From the NCBI GenBank assembly GCA_946965045.2, contig OX337230.1, positions 2,480,001-2,544,000 on the forward strand: a stretch of 64,000 bases of DNA, in the 5' to 3' direction. Positions 23,071 to 34,255 of this stretch are shown piece after piece. This DNA comes from Epithemia pelagica. Its lineage: Eukaryota > Protista > Bacillariophyta. Within the stretch, counting starts at the first letter, position 1. Every line of letters begins with the position of its first letter. The position numbers and the translations under genes are program-made. The notes under the pieces were generated by a model. It was not told the DNA's origin. It did no database searches and saw only the letters and a list, made by a program, of their open reading frames with translations.

Positions 23071-24111
23071 TCAATTGCTTAATGAAACACGGTTTCGCTC
23101 CTGTCGAACAGACGCAATACTGAACGTAGCCCAGCTATCCACTGGAGTCCCATCACTTCGCCTCGTGGTCGATATACTTTTAGGAGGGAGATATCGTGCA
23201 GATGCGTTTTGTCGATTGGCGCTTCCACTCCCTTGTAGTTGGATACGATCCCGCGGTACTCTGTTCATTATTTCCCGAAAGGCAATACGTGCAGGATCAT
23301 AGGTCAACGCAGTCCCCGAACTTGCGCATGACCGAGCGTGACTTTCCCCATCCTGTGCCCAGCTATCGACGGCTTCCGAATCAGAGTCGTAACTAACAGC
23401 TTCATTCGCAATCCTTCTAAAGAACTCGGATGGGCCATCGTCAAGGTCTGATTTGTCGCTATCATTGTCGTCGTCCTGAAACGTGACAAACGTTTGAGGT
23501 TCCTCCACCTCTTCCACAACATGATCTTCTGAATCCGAAACAGTTTGCTCCTCATCACTCGGTAAATCATCCGAGTCAGAAGTATCGTGACTCGAACTAA
23601 CATCATGACTACGAGAAGAGTCGGTTTCCGTGGCCAAAGGAACGTTTGTTTGAGAGTCCCCCTGGAATCCTGAAAACGACCACCCAGTGAACTCTTGCCA
23701 CTCTGTATCTTCCATATCACTCTTTGAGCACGACGAAAAGTCCGCAAAACCGGATTCATCGTCGGCTTCGGAAGAGGATGTAGAAACGTCGTCTGGCAAA
23801 GGGTCGAAATCCATTGTTATGTAATTGTTCAGGTACTCCTCATCAATTTTCAGGGCCAGTGCATCCATTTCTTCTTTCAACCATTCGAGCTGTCTCTGAC
23901 TCTTGGTCCGAAGTTGAGCCACGTTACTTTTTCTGTAGTTTGGGTGTTGTGGCAAGGCTTTCCCCAAGAATGCCTTTAACCGATGACCCACCACATACGT
24001 TTCCTCAATGTTGGATTTGGGATCTCGACATTTCTTTTGAAAGTCTGTAATGGCCTGTAACCATGTTAAAATTCGAGGATATAATGGGTGAGTATTCGTC
24101 CTTGGTTCCAT
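23071..24111 (-). CDS. USP8/AMSH N-terminal dimerisation (MIT-like) domain protein with a long acidic tail
   Basis: EETYVVGHRLKAFLGKALPQHPNY followed by a coiled coil (LEWLKEEMDALALKIDEE) resembles the AMSH/USP8 LPxHPxY motif; the remainder is D/E/S-rich. Start uncertain. Confidence 0.7.
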   Translation of the reverse strand: MEPRTNTHPLYPRILTWLQAITDFQKKCRDPKSNIEETYVVGHRLKAFLGKALPQHPNYRKSNVAQLRTKSQRQLEWLKEEMDALALKIDEEYLNNYITMDFDPLPDDVSTSSSEADDESGFADFSSCSKSDMEDTEWQEFTGWSFSGFQGDSQTNVPLATETDSSRSHDVSSSHDTSDSDDLPSDEEQTVSDSEDHVVEEVEEPQTFVTFQDDDNDSDKSDLDDGPSEFFRRIANEAVSYDSDSEAVDSWAQDGESHARSCASSGTALTYDPARIAFREIMNRVPRDRIQLQGSGSANRQNASARYLPPKSISTTRRSDGTPVDSWATFSIASVRQERNRVSLSN

Positions 24112-26091
24112 ATTAATGCACCATTGGAAGACAAGCACATCCATCACTGACCTTATCGGTGATCCGAAAGTAACGCTCAATTTGACACTTTTTGTGCATC
24201 TCAAAACTTGTCCCTCCCTGGACTTCATCCTTTGCCACAAGTTCTTTTCTTCTGGCTGCCCCATACCGACGCCATTCCTCTCTGCGTTTCCGCCTCGACA
24301 ACGACGACCCCACTCGATTGCTTCGATGTTTCTTCTCCATGATAACTTGTGACAACAACGGCTTGGACACTCGTATCGAACGCGGACTTTCCAACTAGGC
24401 AAGTAGTCTCCAAGCAAGGGTCGATTTGTTTCGGAGTCTCCAGAACTTTATTGGAGCGAGTTGCCTCACAAACAAACAGGGAAGAAGCGACAAAGAGAGA
24501 GTACGAGAAGAAGGGCGCTCAAATCGACCGAAAAATCTGTGTCTCTTCACCAACACACAAGGGGCACGACCGACGATTCCGATTGGCACAGTTGGCACAC
24601 GGGCGCACCTTGGTTTCCGTTTCACCGCACCCCAAGCGACATGGGGCCTATCAAACGGAATGTCTCATGCAGTCTTGAATCTTGTCACGCAATGCTAGTA
24701 AAAATTGACGGAACCGTTCTTTCGTCCCACCACGATCGGCATGCTCTTCTAAGACACCCTATTTTGGTCTTGATCTGGACGATTACATAGGAGTAGGAGT
24801 GGGTCACTATCGCGGGAACTGCCAACCACAATCTCCAACCACTCTTCCGAGGATGACGAGTCTTCTGGACATCCTGTTCGAGCATTCGTTCATGTTTTTT
24901 GGAGAGCGAATTTCGGCCGACTGTGCAATTTTATCTTCCTCTCTACTCGCGAGTCGTTTCCCTCACCGGACGCTTGCAACGAACACCACAGGGCACACTT
25001 TTCTTCTGTACTTACGTGAAGGATCATTCTTCTCCTTACAATTACGTCTCATTGTTAGAGATGTGGGGTTCTCGCCTTTTTACAAATCTTGTCCCTGCCC
25101 ATCATTGCATCCACTGCTGACTTTGTTTACACTCTAGAGATCATAACTAGTCTCGCGTCACTCTCGCAAACTACGATAGATTTTGAGCAGGATCTGGACT
25201 AACGGTGGACTGACAATCCGCGAATGTCCCAGGGCTTTTCCCATTCGTCATCCCTTTATTCACAATTATTTGTCCGTTGCCAGTAGTACAAATAATGAAG
25301 CAACCAATCGAGTGCTTCTGCCACACCATCCCGTATGACGTCCAGGAGCGAGGTTCAAGAGTTCCAATATGACTGAATGGTTGGGAATAAGAGTATCCTG
25401 TTGTACTGCTCCAGTTATGGTATTCCTGGAATGATGCAAAACGAGAGACGCAAATCGACGAGTCCAACGAGACTGCCTTTGTGGAGGAGAATGTTGCAAC
25501 CAGCCATGGAATGGATCAATGAGATCTTAAACGTTTTCAACGGATAAAAAATGACACTAGGAGACAAAGGCGTTTGATCAAGGACCATTCCTGATTGGAT
25601 GCCCTTCTTTGAGTAGAGTGGCTTTGGATCATATCTCAAGTGAAAAGCAAATCAAATTGCAGGCTTGGAAAGAAGTTGCAATTGGGCGAAGCTGGTCGCA
25701 AGGGGCCGGCTTCGATTGTCATTCGGGATCCTTGAGTTTGAACTACTCGGACAACTTCCCGCGATGCCACTAACAGCACCAATGGGGTGGTGACAGCAAA
25801 GAATCGAAAACAGATAGCTTTGAAAACATGCGGGCCTGTGGCGTGGGCGTCATTGATGATGTCTTTCGGCCAACCTCAAGGTGCCCTACTTATGAAGGGT
25901 CTTGCAGAAAAGCACAGCGTCAGCCATCCGCTGCTAAGGGCTGGGTCATCGATTCGACTGCACGTTTTAATTTTCACTGGGGTTAAAGTTATAAATTTTA
26001 AAATCACCACCTCACCACGACGCTCAGCATTTGATGCCGCCGTTCTTCTTTCGACCCAGCCTTCATGCATGCGTTCAAGGCTGGAGGGTGT

Positions 26092-28221
26092 TCAGAACTG
26101 CGAGGAATCCTGTAAGTGTGGAGGGTGTTGCCCGACGGGATTGTTGGGCTCAGCAGGTTGCAACGGGAGGGCAAAGAACGGGGATTGCCCCGACAGTAAG
26201 GCCAGAGACACGGTCATAGTTTGAAATTCCAAAGGAAAAGTGCATGGTACGTCATCGGTCATCGTTGAAGGCTCGACGGAGGACCATCCTCCGTCCAGAG
26301 ATTCATCGTAAGATACCACCTCTGAAGCCTCGGTGTCCATGTCCATCATGCTAGTTGGTTCGTGGACGTCCATATCAGCTGGTCCGTCTTCTGTCCCCGG
26401 GACGACAACGGTCTTAGGGATAGAAACCACTTTGGACTGTCTTGGTCTCACATACTTCACCTTGGGTCCTGATACTTGGGAAGGTCTCGCGGAACAGTGG
26501 CTCTCGATAAGTGGCTGTTGCTCGATTGGAACACGGACGGCGGAGAATGTGACATCCTCGGGAACCACGAAGGCAATCTTTATCGTGGAAATCTTCTTCT
26601 GTACTTCTCCAGAGATGTTGTAAACAAACCCGTGCAGGAAAGATCGGATGTCAAAGGCATGTTCGTCGCCCACAGTAAACTGAAGGCACAGTAGAGTCCC
26701 ATCTTCAAGAAGAATGGCTGCGTCAATATTCGCAAAGTTCGGAACGCTTGGTTTCCAATATAACCAAGTGGTGTTGAGCGCCGCAATGCCATTCATCCCA
26801 GTTCCAGTTGCTTGAGTATAAGCTGGCCAAGATGCATTGAATCCAGTGCCGACGATACTTCCAGATGTCACGGTAGCGTCCACACCTACAGTTCCAGTGG
26901 CCATAGTAGCAGCCGATATGCCACCAACCCCTGCTGCAGCTTCGACAGAAGCTACCGGAAACTTCCTTGCGGCGGCACTTTGGGCCTGCTGGCGCCACTG
27001 GTCAATGGCTGTTTCCGACAGCTTGTGACACCAGAGTTCGAAATGCCAACCAAAGAGGCTTTGGTTCATGGTGCTCTTTGCGAACATCATTCCTCGCTGC
27101 ACTTCATCTATGCTGAGCTTGAACCACAGCTTGCGAGCAATATGGGCCGAACCCAAAACTAAAGTAGTTTCGAAAAACGTTCTGCCGCCATTTTCTTCAG
27201 GATCTTCAGTCACCATCATGGCGCGAAGTCGATCCAAGCTCTTCTTGTCGGCACTCAACTGAGAGCTGTAGTACGCCATATTGACGACAGCATCATTTGC
27301 TTGCCTGGTGACTATACCATCTATCCACTTTTGCTTTTGCATAAGGATTGCCTCTTCTACTTTTCCGTCTTTGGAGCAGCACTGGATGGCATGACGGATA
27401 CAACCGCCAGTCGTGTCGAAAATTTTTTCGGTTGTACCTCGATTGCACTTTTTGAGAATCTTGAGGGCTAAGGAGAGCTCGTCAAGACTCCACACTTTCA
27501 TCGGAAAATGCCATTCATCCATGTTTTCTTGTTTTGTCGGCGGGCACCCTCCGCTTGTGACTAGATCGGATCCTGCCACTTTATCACTGGTGTTATCGTA
27601 CCTTGGACCGTCCACGATACATTTGATACCAAAGTCCGTTGGACTATTGGACTTATTTATATCGCCGGTGAAGAAGCGATAAGCGATTGCTGTGCAGAGA
27701 GAAGGAACTGTGTAGTTGGCATAAATGTGACGACACGCCACAATATGGACTGTTTCGTCATCGGTCTTGGCCATCCAAAAAAGGGAGGTCGCGGCTTCCT
27801 TTTGATCACGAATTTTCCTTACATAGAGCACGGCCTTGTGACGCCCAGTCAAAGCTAACGCGATTGCGGCCAAAAAAGAAAAGATCGACTTGCCGATGCC
27901 GGGTGATCCAAAGACAACGGTGGGATGGGCGTCATGGTTGAGTCGGAGATCCAGTGCGTGCTGAAGGTACTTGCGAACGAAAATAGTTTTTGGCAAGAAT
28001 CTCTCTTCCTCGACTCCCTTACGCAGGTCATCTAGACAGGACAAATCAAGGGCATCATCGGAGACCTTGAACTCAATTTTGTTGGTTGTCGATCTTTGAA
28101 ACAAATCCTGTAATTTTACGGAGCAAGCTTTGTTCATGACGAACTGCACTCCTAGCATTGCATGTTGGATGACATCTCCCTTTTGGATTGGTATGACGGT
28201 TTCGGTTCGTTCGGCGCTCAT
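26092..28221 (-). CDS. Crinkler/RHS-like effector: P-loop NTPase plus PD-(D/E)xK restriction-endonuclease domain
   Basis: Walker A GSPGIGKS, Walker B-like CIVDG, VTSG, MKVWSLDEL, TGGCIRH, GWHFE, YWKPSVPNFANIDAA and LQFTVGDEH, in the order known for CR-NTPase+CR-REase proteins; intact 709-aa ORF. Confidence 0.8.
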   Translation of the reverse strand: MSAERTETVIPIQKGDVIQHAMLGVQFVMNKACSVKLQDLFQRSTTNKIEFKVSDDALDLSCLDDLRKGVEEERFLPKTIFVRKYLQHALDLRLNHDAHPTVVFGSPGIGKSIFSFLAAIALALTGRHKAVLYVRKIRDQKEAATSLFWMAKTDDETVHIVACRHIYANYTVPSLCTAIAYRFFTGDINKSNSPTDFGIKCIVDGPRYDNTSDKVAGSDLVTSGGCPPTKQENMDEWHFPMKVWSLDELSLALKILKKCNRGTTEKIFDTTGGCIRHAIQCCSKDGKVEEAILMQKQKWIDGIVTRQANDAVVNMAYYSSQLSADKKSLDRLRAMMVTEDPEENGGRTFFETTLVLGSAHIARKLWFKLSIDEVQRGMMFAKSTMNQSLFGWHFELWCHKLSETAIDQWRQQAQSAAARKFPVASVEAAAGVGGISAATMATGTVGVDATVTSGSIVGTGFNASWPAYTQATGTGMNGIAALNTTWLYWKPSVPNFANIDAAILLEDGTLLCLQFTVGDEHAFDIRSFLHGFVYNISGEVQKKISTIKIAFVVPEDVTFSAVRVPIEQQPLIESHCSARPSQVSGPKVKYVRPRQSKVVSIPKTVVVPGTEDGPADMDVHEPTSMMDMDTEASEVVSYDESLDGGWSSVEPSTMTDDVPCTFPLEFQTMTVSLALLSGQSPFFALPLQPAEPNNPVGQHPPHLQDSSQF

Positions 28222-28466
28222 CGTCCTGTTGCTTTATTGGGTGTAAGAGGAGGCTCTCCGTAGTGTACGTCATCTTGTATAAGTGGCAAAGAGGAGACCG
28301 CCGGGGTGTGCGTAGAGGGATATGGATGCAGAAAATAAATGTCAGTAGACCAGTCACGAACACAGATAGGGGAGAAACAGACAGTGTCGTCAGTAGATTG
28401 GCGATGACTTCCCGTTGGAAATGTGAGATGAAGGAGGACGTCAGGCGGAATGTAAAGAGGAGTGCG

Positions 28467-28498
28467 CTAGGAAATAGGACATCCCATTTCTGTGGGAT
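28467..28498 (-). terminator. Candidate Helitron 3' end (hairpin plus CTAG)
   Basis: Minus strand reads ATCCCA-CAGAAA-TGGGAT (6-bp stem, 28481-28498), 10 nt, then CTAG (28467-28470), 63 bp past the RepHel stop. The next base is C rather than the canonical T. Confidence 0.35.
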
Positions 28499-28532
28499 AT
28501 TTGGTCCGAAGTCTTATTCAATAATATTTGTA

Positions 28533-31500
28533 TTAGTGGAAGAGAGACTGTATTATGGCTTCATTTTCACCCTGGAGTAAGATGTTGTAGTTGTCATTGG
28601 AAATTGGTTGAACCTCTTTTGTTTTCATGAAATTGATCAGGTTCTTGTAGACTTGTGGTACATTATTCAAAATTCTCAGGAGTCTCTTTTCCAAAGGTTT
28701 TCTCAGATAAAGTCCTGTTATTGTGCGTACTCTTGAGAGAACGACATAGGACCAATTTTCAACCATTGACCAGGTATGTACAAACAGTGATGCAACTGAC
28801 GCACCCTGAAGTTTATGACCCGTTGTTGCATTGTTGCAGACGAAGGGGAGCTGAAGTCCTTTCATGTGAAGTTTCAGCCGTGATTCCTTTTTTAATGAAG
28901 ACATTATTTGGAACCCAGGCAAGATGAGGACACTTTCTTTGTCGCAGGACTTGAAAACGACGTATTTCATCATCCTCGCCGATTGTTTCTCGAGCGGGGT
29001 GCGTAAAGTGTTCAGTGTCCTCAAACTCCAGAAAGTTGTCGTCTTTTCCTTTGTGTCTCTGAATTATTTCATATTGTTCATAGAAGTCCTTTGGGCATAA
29101 GTCGTATAACGACTGTGGTCGACAAAGGTAATGAAGTGCCAGAATATCTGCATATGGTTTTCCTTTGTGCGATCGCAACTGTGTTCTTGTGATAGTTTGG
29201 TTTGTAATAAGTTTCACAAGGTCTGTGACAGGCACATAGGCAAAGTCATGAGAGAATATGAATCTTGAATGATTCCTCGTAAGAAAAGATGCCTGTGACG
29301 CTCCAATGATATTGGTTTTATTGGCAGCAAAACCAGCCCTGATTAGGAGGCTTAGTGATTGGGATCTGCTTGTGCGATCGTCCTCCACCTTTGATTGAGC
29401 AGCTGTTAAACTTTGAATCACCATTTCATATGGTTCAGCATTTTGATCCTGTGTATTTTTTGTTGGATATTTGATGGTGTACATACCAATTGGACCAGGA
29501 GACACAATCCGAGCATTTGAGTTACCGCCGATCATTGATTCAGAAACTGCATTGACATATGTGTTGACAAATACGTCGTATTCTGAACGCTTTGGAATAA
29601 CATGAAAAAACCTTCTTCCCTCCATTGTACCATGCCATTTGTAGAACTTTGATCTGTTAAGACAGCCTTGAAGCATATTCTGTGTCGTTGTATGTTTTTG
29701 CGGTAGTTGTGGATAACGCATGCGACACTATAATCCATTAAAATGATTGTCGGATTTTGCGCCAGGCTTTTTCCACGGCTGATTCTTGAAACATGATTTT
29801 GCATGTCTGGAATTGTGTAGATCGGTAGATGCATGTTGAAGAGAGGGAAATACGTTCACCTGGCTGCGATCCGGTTTAGTGTATTCATAGCATATGTTGG
29901 AAAGCAAATGTGTTGTATCCGGTAATCCACGTGGCAAAGAAATTGAAGTGACACCTTCCAAATAATTTTCAACCAACTCCTCACTCGTCCATTCTTTGTC
30001 ACAGTGCTCACAATATGCAATTGTTAATGATTTCTTATGACAGTCTTTGTGCCGCAAGTTTCTCAATTGTTGTATATCAACCAATCTTGGTCGCTGTCGC
30101 CTTCCAATTCGTTGCGGACAACCATCATGATCAAAAATTTGGTGTATTGTTCTTTTTTGTCGGTATAATGTTTCGCGAGAAAGATCCACAAGAGACGTTG
30201 AAACTGCATTATCCAGAACATGAGCAATATGGACTCTGGCTTGCAGTTGAGTTTTTGTGTTATCGTCATCAAGCAAATCAAGATAGGTGTCAAAACCACG
30301 TAGTCAAATAATGAGATGTACATGCAATGTCGATCGGCCCTGTTCTTCAATGGCACCTCCAAATGCAAGTGGAAGCCCAAATAAACCAGGTTTGCCTGTT
30401 GGTCTGTTGTGTTTTATGTCCCATCCAACTACTTCTTCAAGAACAATATCAAGAACATATTGGAATGCAAGAGATGTTATGCCAGGAAATTTTAACCGAA
30501 TCTGTTTCCGTAGACGGCCTCTGTTTTCAAGTTCATCAGTGGATAATTGCTGAACATTGATAGCGACACCGTTTTTGTCATGCATGGAATAGGTTGTCAC
30601 AAGAAAGGAATTTTCATCATCTGGCGTCACAGTGAGAAATATACCTCCAAGGCCAAAATGATGCTGTAATGAATTCATCCAACCTCTGGCTCTTTTAGCA
30701 GCCTGATCAGTGTGTGGTAATGCTTTTGCTATGCTGTCGACGCTCTGGAATAAATTTTGAGCAGCTTGGTTCTGAAGAGTTTGATTGCCATTGTTATAAG
30801 CTTGTGCAGCAGCAGCGAAGTTTAGTCTATTCAGAGCACGAGGCAAATCGTGGAGATATCGGTTACCATTCAATATTTGGCAGGAATTTTTGAGGACAGT
30901 ACTCCGGATTTTCATATTAAATAGTTTAAGAACAAACATAGGTGTATGGAAGTCGGGGTTGCTAATATACGATAGATGTTTTGCATATTGAGGTAGAGCA
31001 AGATTCATACATTCGCCATTTGAGGTTGGTCGCTCTTCATCTGGACCACCTTTTCCAATGGCATCTGTAGCATACAGCTTAAAACAAAGTTGTTGTCGAT
31101 ATAATCATTTGTGAACTTGCGTGTAAGGTTGGAGACGACAGATGCATCAAATCCCTGTTCCTGAGCCTGTAGCACAATTTTCTCAAAGTCAAATGCCGAA
31201 GTTTGACCACCGTATACGGGCGTAAGAGAACCGTCCGGAAAATAAACAGCATACGATTCTTGTGATTCAATGTCTCTCAAGTACCTCCTTTGATCTTCTG
31301 TTTGATTCGCACTGTTTGGATCTTGCGGTGCAGTGGTCGACAGATCAATTAATTTCGGTTCAAATTCGACCAGTGCATTGTGTAAATCAACCAAATCAAT
31401 GTCTTTCCATTCTGTATTATTGTCAATTAACCATTCAAGAGCAGCTCTAACTCTATATGGATTGATCGTACTTCTATGACGAACAATTCTTGCCTGTTCT

Positions 31501-31921
31501 TGAGTAAATTCACCATGCATAATATATACTATATTGGTATTAAGAATATCGGCTAGTTTTGTCCCAATAACGACACTTCGACTAACAGATAGTGGGGCGA
31601 CCTTATAATAACCCAGTGTTCCCTTTAATTTGGTACTGCGTCCACCAGTATACGTAAAACAGTAACCGAATGCGACCAACTCCTGTATATTCATAGTCTT
31701 TATATAGACAATCCGGTATACTTGTGTTCTTTGGTACAAAAAAAATCACGATGCTTCTTTAATGTGCAAGGACGTGTCTTCTTATAATTTGTTCCAGTGA
31801 ATTGATCACAGACAAAGCACACCCAGGGGGATATGGTTCCGTTGTCAGAGCAGTGATATAGAGCCGACATTCTTTCATTAATTCGATTCTTTACATCAGC
31901 GGTAGATGCTACAGATGTCAT
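28533..31921 (-). pseudogene. Decayed Helitron Rep/helicase (HUH Rep plus Pif1 C-terminal remnant)
   Basis: Ordered motifs CFVCD, RVRAALEWLIDNN, FLTVTPDD, EEQGRSTLHVH, HNSRHAKSCFK, YTIKYPTK, then ATTGHKLQG and YVVLSRVRT. Broken by frameshifts (~31740, ~31058), in-frame stops (30304-30306, 29728-29730) and deletions. Confidence 0.9.
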
Positions 31922-32239
31922 GTTGAATAGGGTTTAAGTTGAGATGGATAAAGACTTAAGATAGATGGATAGATTTGACTTTGAGTAAAGATATTGAGAT
32001 AGATTTGACTTTGATGGACTGGACGAACAAATGGACTTCCTGTTTGATGTTTGAACATGGAAAAAGTGGGAGGTAAGAGGTGAGGCATTCATAGTATGAA
32101 ACGATATATGATGAGGACGAGCAGCATCATACTTACCAAACAGTTCCAAGCGATCGGTTTGATTTTTGCTTGAATCCAAATTATGAAAGGAGCGCAACTC
32201 TCTTCTGTCTAAAAGAAGTCATATCGTTGCAGTTTTAGC

Positions 32240-33900
32240 TAATGAAGATCTCCATGTCATGAAGCGACATCGACATGATAAAAATAGTGACGTACTACAT
32301 TTGACAACACATCGCAGAACATAGACCATCATGTCTGAAATCTATTTCATTGGAAGGCGGAATCTCATTCCATGTCATGTCAACGTCATTGGTGAAAGGT
32401 GACATGTGATAAGAGAGTTCAAACCTAGAAGGCCTCACCAATGACGTTGCATACATAGGTAGACCTCTTACTAACTTGACAATACAAAGCTCTGTTCTAT
32501 GCGTGCGACAGTCAACAAACCATCATGTCTGCCATCTATTTTTTTCAAAGGCCATATCTCATTCCGTGACATGCCAACGTCATTGGTAAAGGGTGACGTG
32601 TGGAGACATAGCTAGATCGCTTAGTATTTGCCCAAACATAGTTTTATGTTCTATGCGTGTGACAGATCACCTACGCAAGAACCATAATCGTGTCTGACAT
32701 CTATTTCATTGGAAGGCGTGATTTCATTCCATGAACTTGTGGAGAGAGTCCCAAACTAGTAGGCCGCACTAATGACGTTGCATAGCTACCGAGACCTTTG
32801 CGCTGGGAATTAAAGTCCATTTGGTCACGGGTGTATCTAACACACAGCCCCAGGCTCTATGTTCTATGCGAGCGACAGCCCACCTATGCACGAACCATGA
32901 TCTCTGACATCTATTTCATTGGAGGCGAGATTTCATGCCATGACATGCCAACGTCATTGGTGAAGGGTGACGTGCAAACTGTTTAAACAGATCCATAGTC
33001 CTAAGTTCCATGCGTGCGACAGACCACGTATGCACGAACCATCATGTCGGACATCTATTTCATTCAAAGGCCATATCTCATTCCGTGACATGGCAACGTC
33101 ATTGGTGAAGGGTAACGTGTGGAGAGAGTTGCATACATAGCTAGATCGCTTAGTATTTGCCAAAAAATAGTTTTATGTTCTATGCGTGTGACAGATCACC
33201 TACGCACGAACCATAATCGTGTCTGACATCTATTTCATTGGAAGGCGTGATGTCATTCCATGAACGTGTGGAGAGAGTCCCAAACTAGAAGGCCGCACTA
33301 ATGACGTTGCATAGCTACCGAGACCGCTTACTACTCCTAATTTGACAATACATCCGCCTCGGTGTGTGTTTTGTTGTCCGTATCACACATGCGCTGGGAA
33401 TTATAGTCCATTTGGGCACGGGCGTATGTAACATCATAGCCCCAGGCTCTATGTTCTATGCGAGCGACAGCCCACCTATGCACGAACCATCATCTCTGAC
33501 ATCTATTTCACTGGAGGCGAGATTTCATGCCATGACATGCCAACGTCATTGGTGAAGGGTGACGTGCGAACTGTTTAAACAGATCCATAGTCCTAAGTTC
33601 CATGCGTGCGACAGACCACGTATGCACGAACCATCATGTCGGACATCTATTTCACTCGAAGGCGAGATCTCATTCCGTGACATGGCAACGTCATTGGTGA
33701 AGGGTGACGTGTAGAGAGAGTCCCAACCTGGAAGGCCGCACTAATGACGATACATAGCTACCTTGTCCTCTTACTAATGTATTGTGCGACACACCACTAT
33801 GCATGAATCATTATGTCTGAAATCTATTTCATTGGAAGACGAGATTTCATTCCATGACATGCCAACATCAGTGGCAAAGCGTGACGTGGGAACTGTTCAT
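32240..33900 (+). repeat. Tandem array of 9 ~115-bp-core monomers with a duplicated 3-monomer higher-order unit
   Basis: Core TTCTATGCGTGCGACAGACCACCTATGCACGAACCATCATGTCTGACATCTATTTCATTGGAAGGCGAGATCTCATTCCGTGACATGCCAACGTCATTGGTGAAGGGTGACGTG. The ATCTATTT part of the core lies near 32340, 32530, 32700, 32910, 33050, 33230, 33500, 33640 and 33820; 32608-33136 is duplicated as 33137-33720. Confidence 0.92.
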
Positions 33901-34255
33901 TCGATAATCAATGGTAATGACAACAAGGCCATACTTGTCAGTCGGATGTTACAAATTTCATGTCATGAAATGACAAGTGATGGCTTAACATAACGTATCA
34001 TCATTCCATGATATGATACCCTGCTTCAGGCTATCAGCATCATTTCTAAGTACGTTGTTTTGAGGCTACACAGGACTCAATCACTGTAGTAGACGATGAG
34101 TTAGGCCTGTTGGAAGTGGTTACAGGAGGGAGCGTGAGGTTATGATGGTCGGTTGAGCGATGGTGGGCTGTGCAGACAAATCTCATGTCATGGAAGACTC
34201 CACCGGCCGTGTATAATATTTCATATGCAGAGTTCAGGAACATGCACACGTGACA

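Larger units (their letters stand above)
28467..33900 (-). mobile_element. Non-autonomous Helitron (Helitron2/Helentron-like) relic; 5' boundary unresolved
   Basis: RepHel pseudogene plus the adjacent hairpin-rich repeat array. The element may extend to about 45.3 kb if the downstream repeat-bracketed genes are cargo. Confidence 0.65.

Noticed and set aside
2480-24417. Numerous antisense or alternate-frame ORFs of 60-230 aa inside the real genes
   Set aside because: They are shadows of long coding frames and carry no independent motifs.
25170-26070. Possible minus-strand pseudogene (e.g. LLDVIRDGVAEALDWLLHYLYYW)
   Set aside because: It looks protein-like but is interrupted by stops in every frame and could not be assigned to a family.
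32240-33900. CRISPR-like array (conserved repeat with variable spacers)
   Set aside because: The core is ~115 bp, the linkers are homologous deletion variants of each other rather than unique spacers, there are no cas genes, and the context is eukaryotic.
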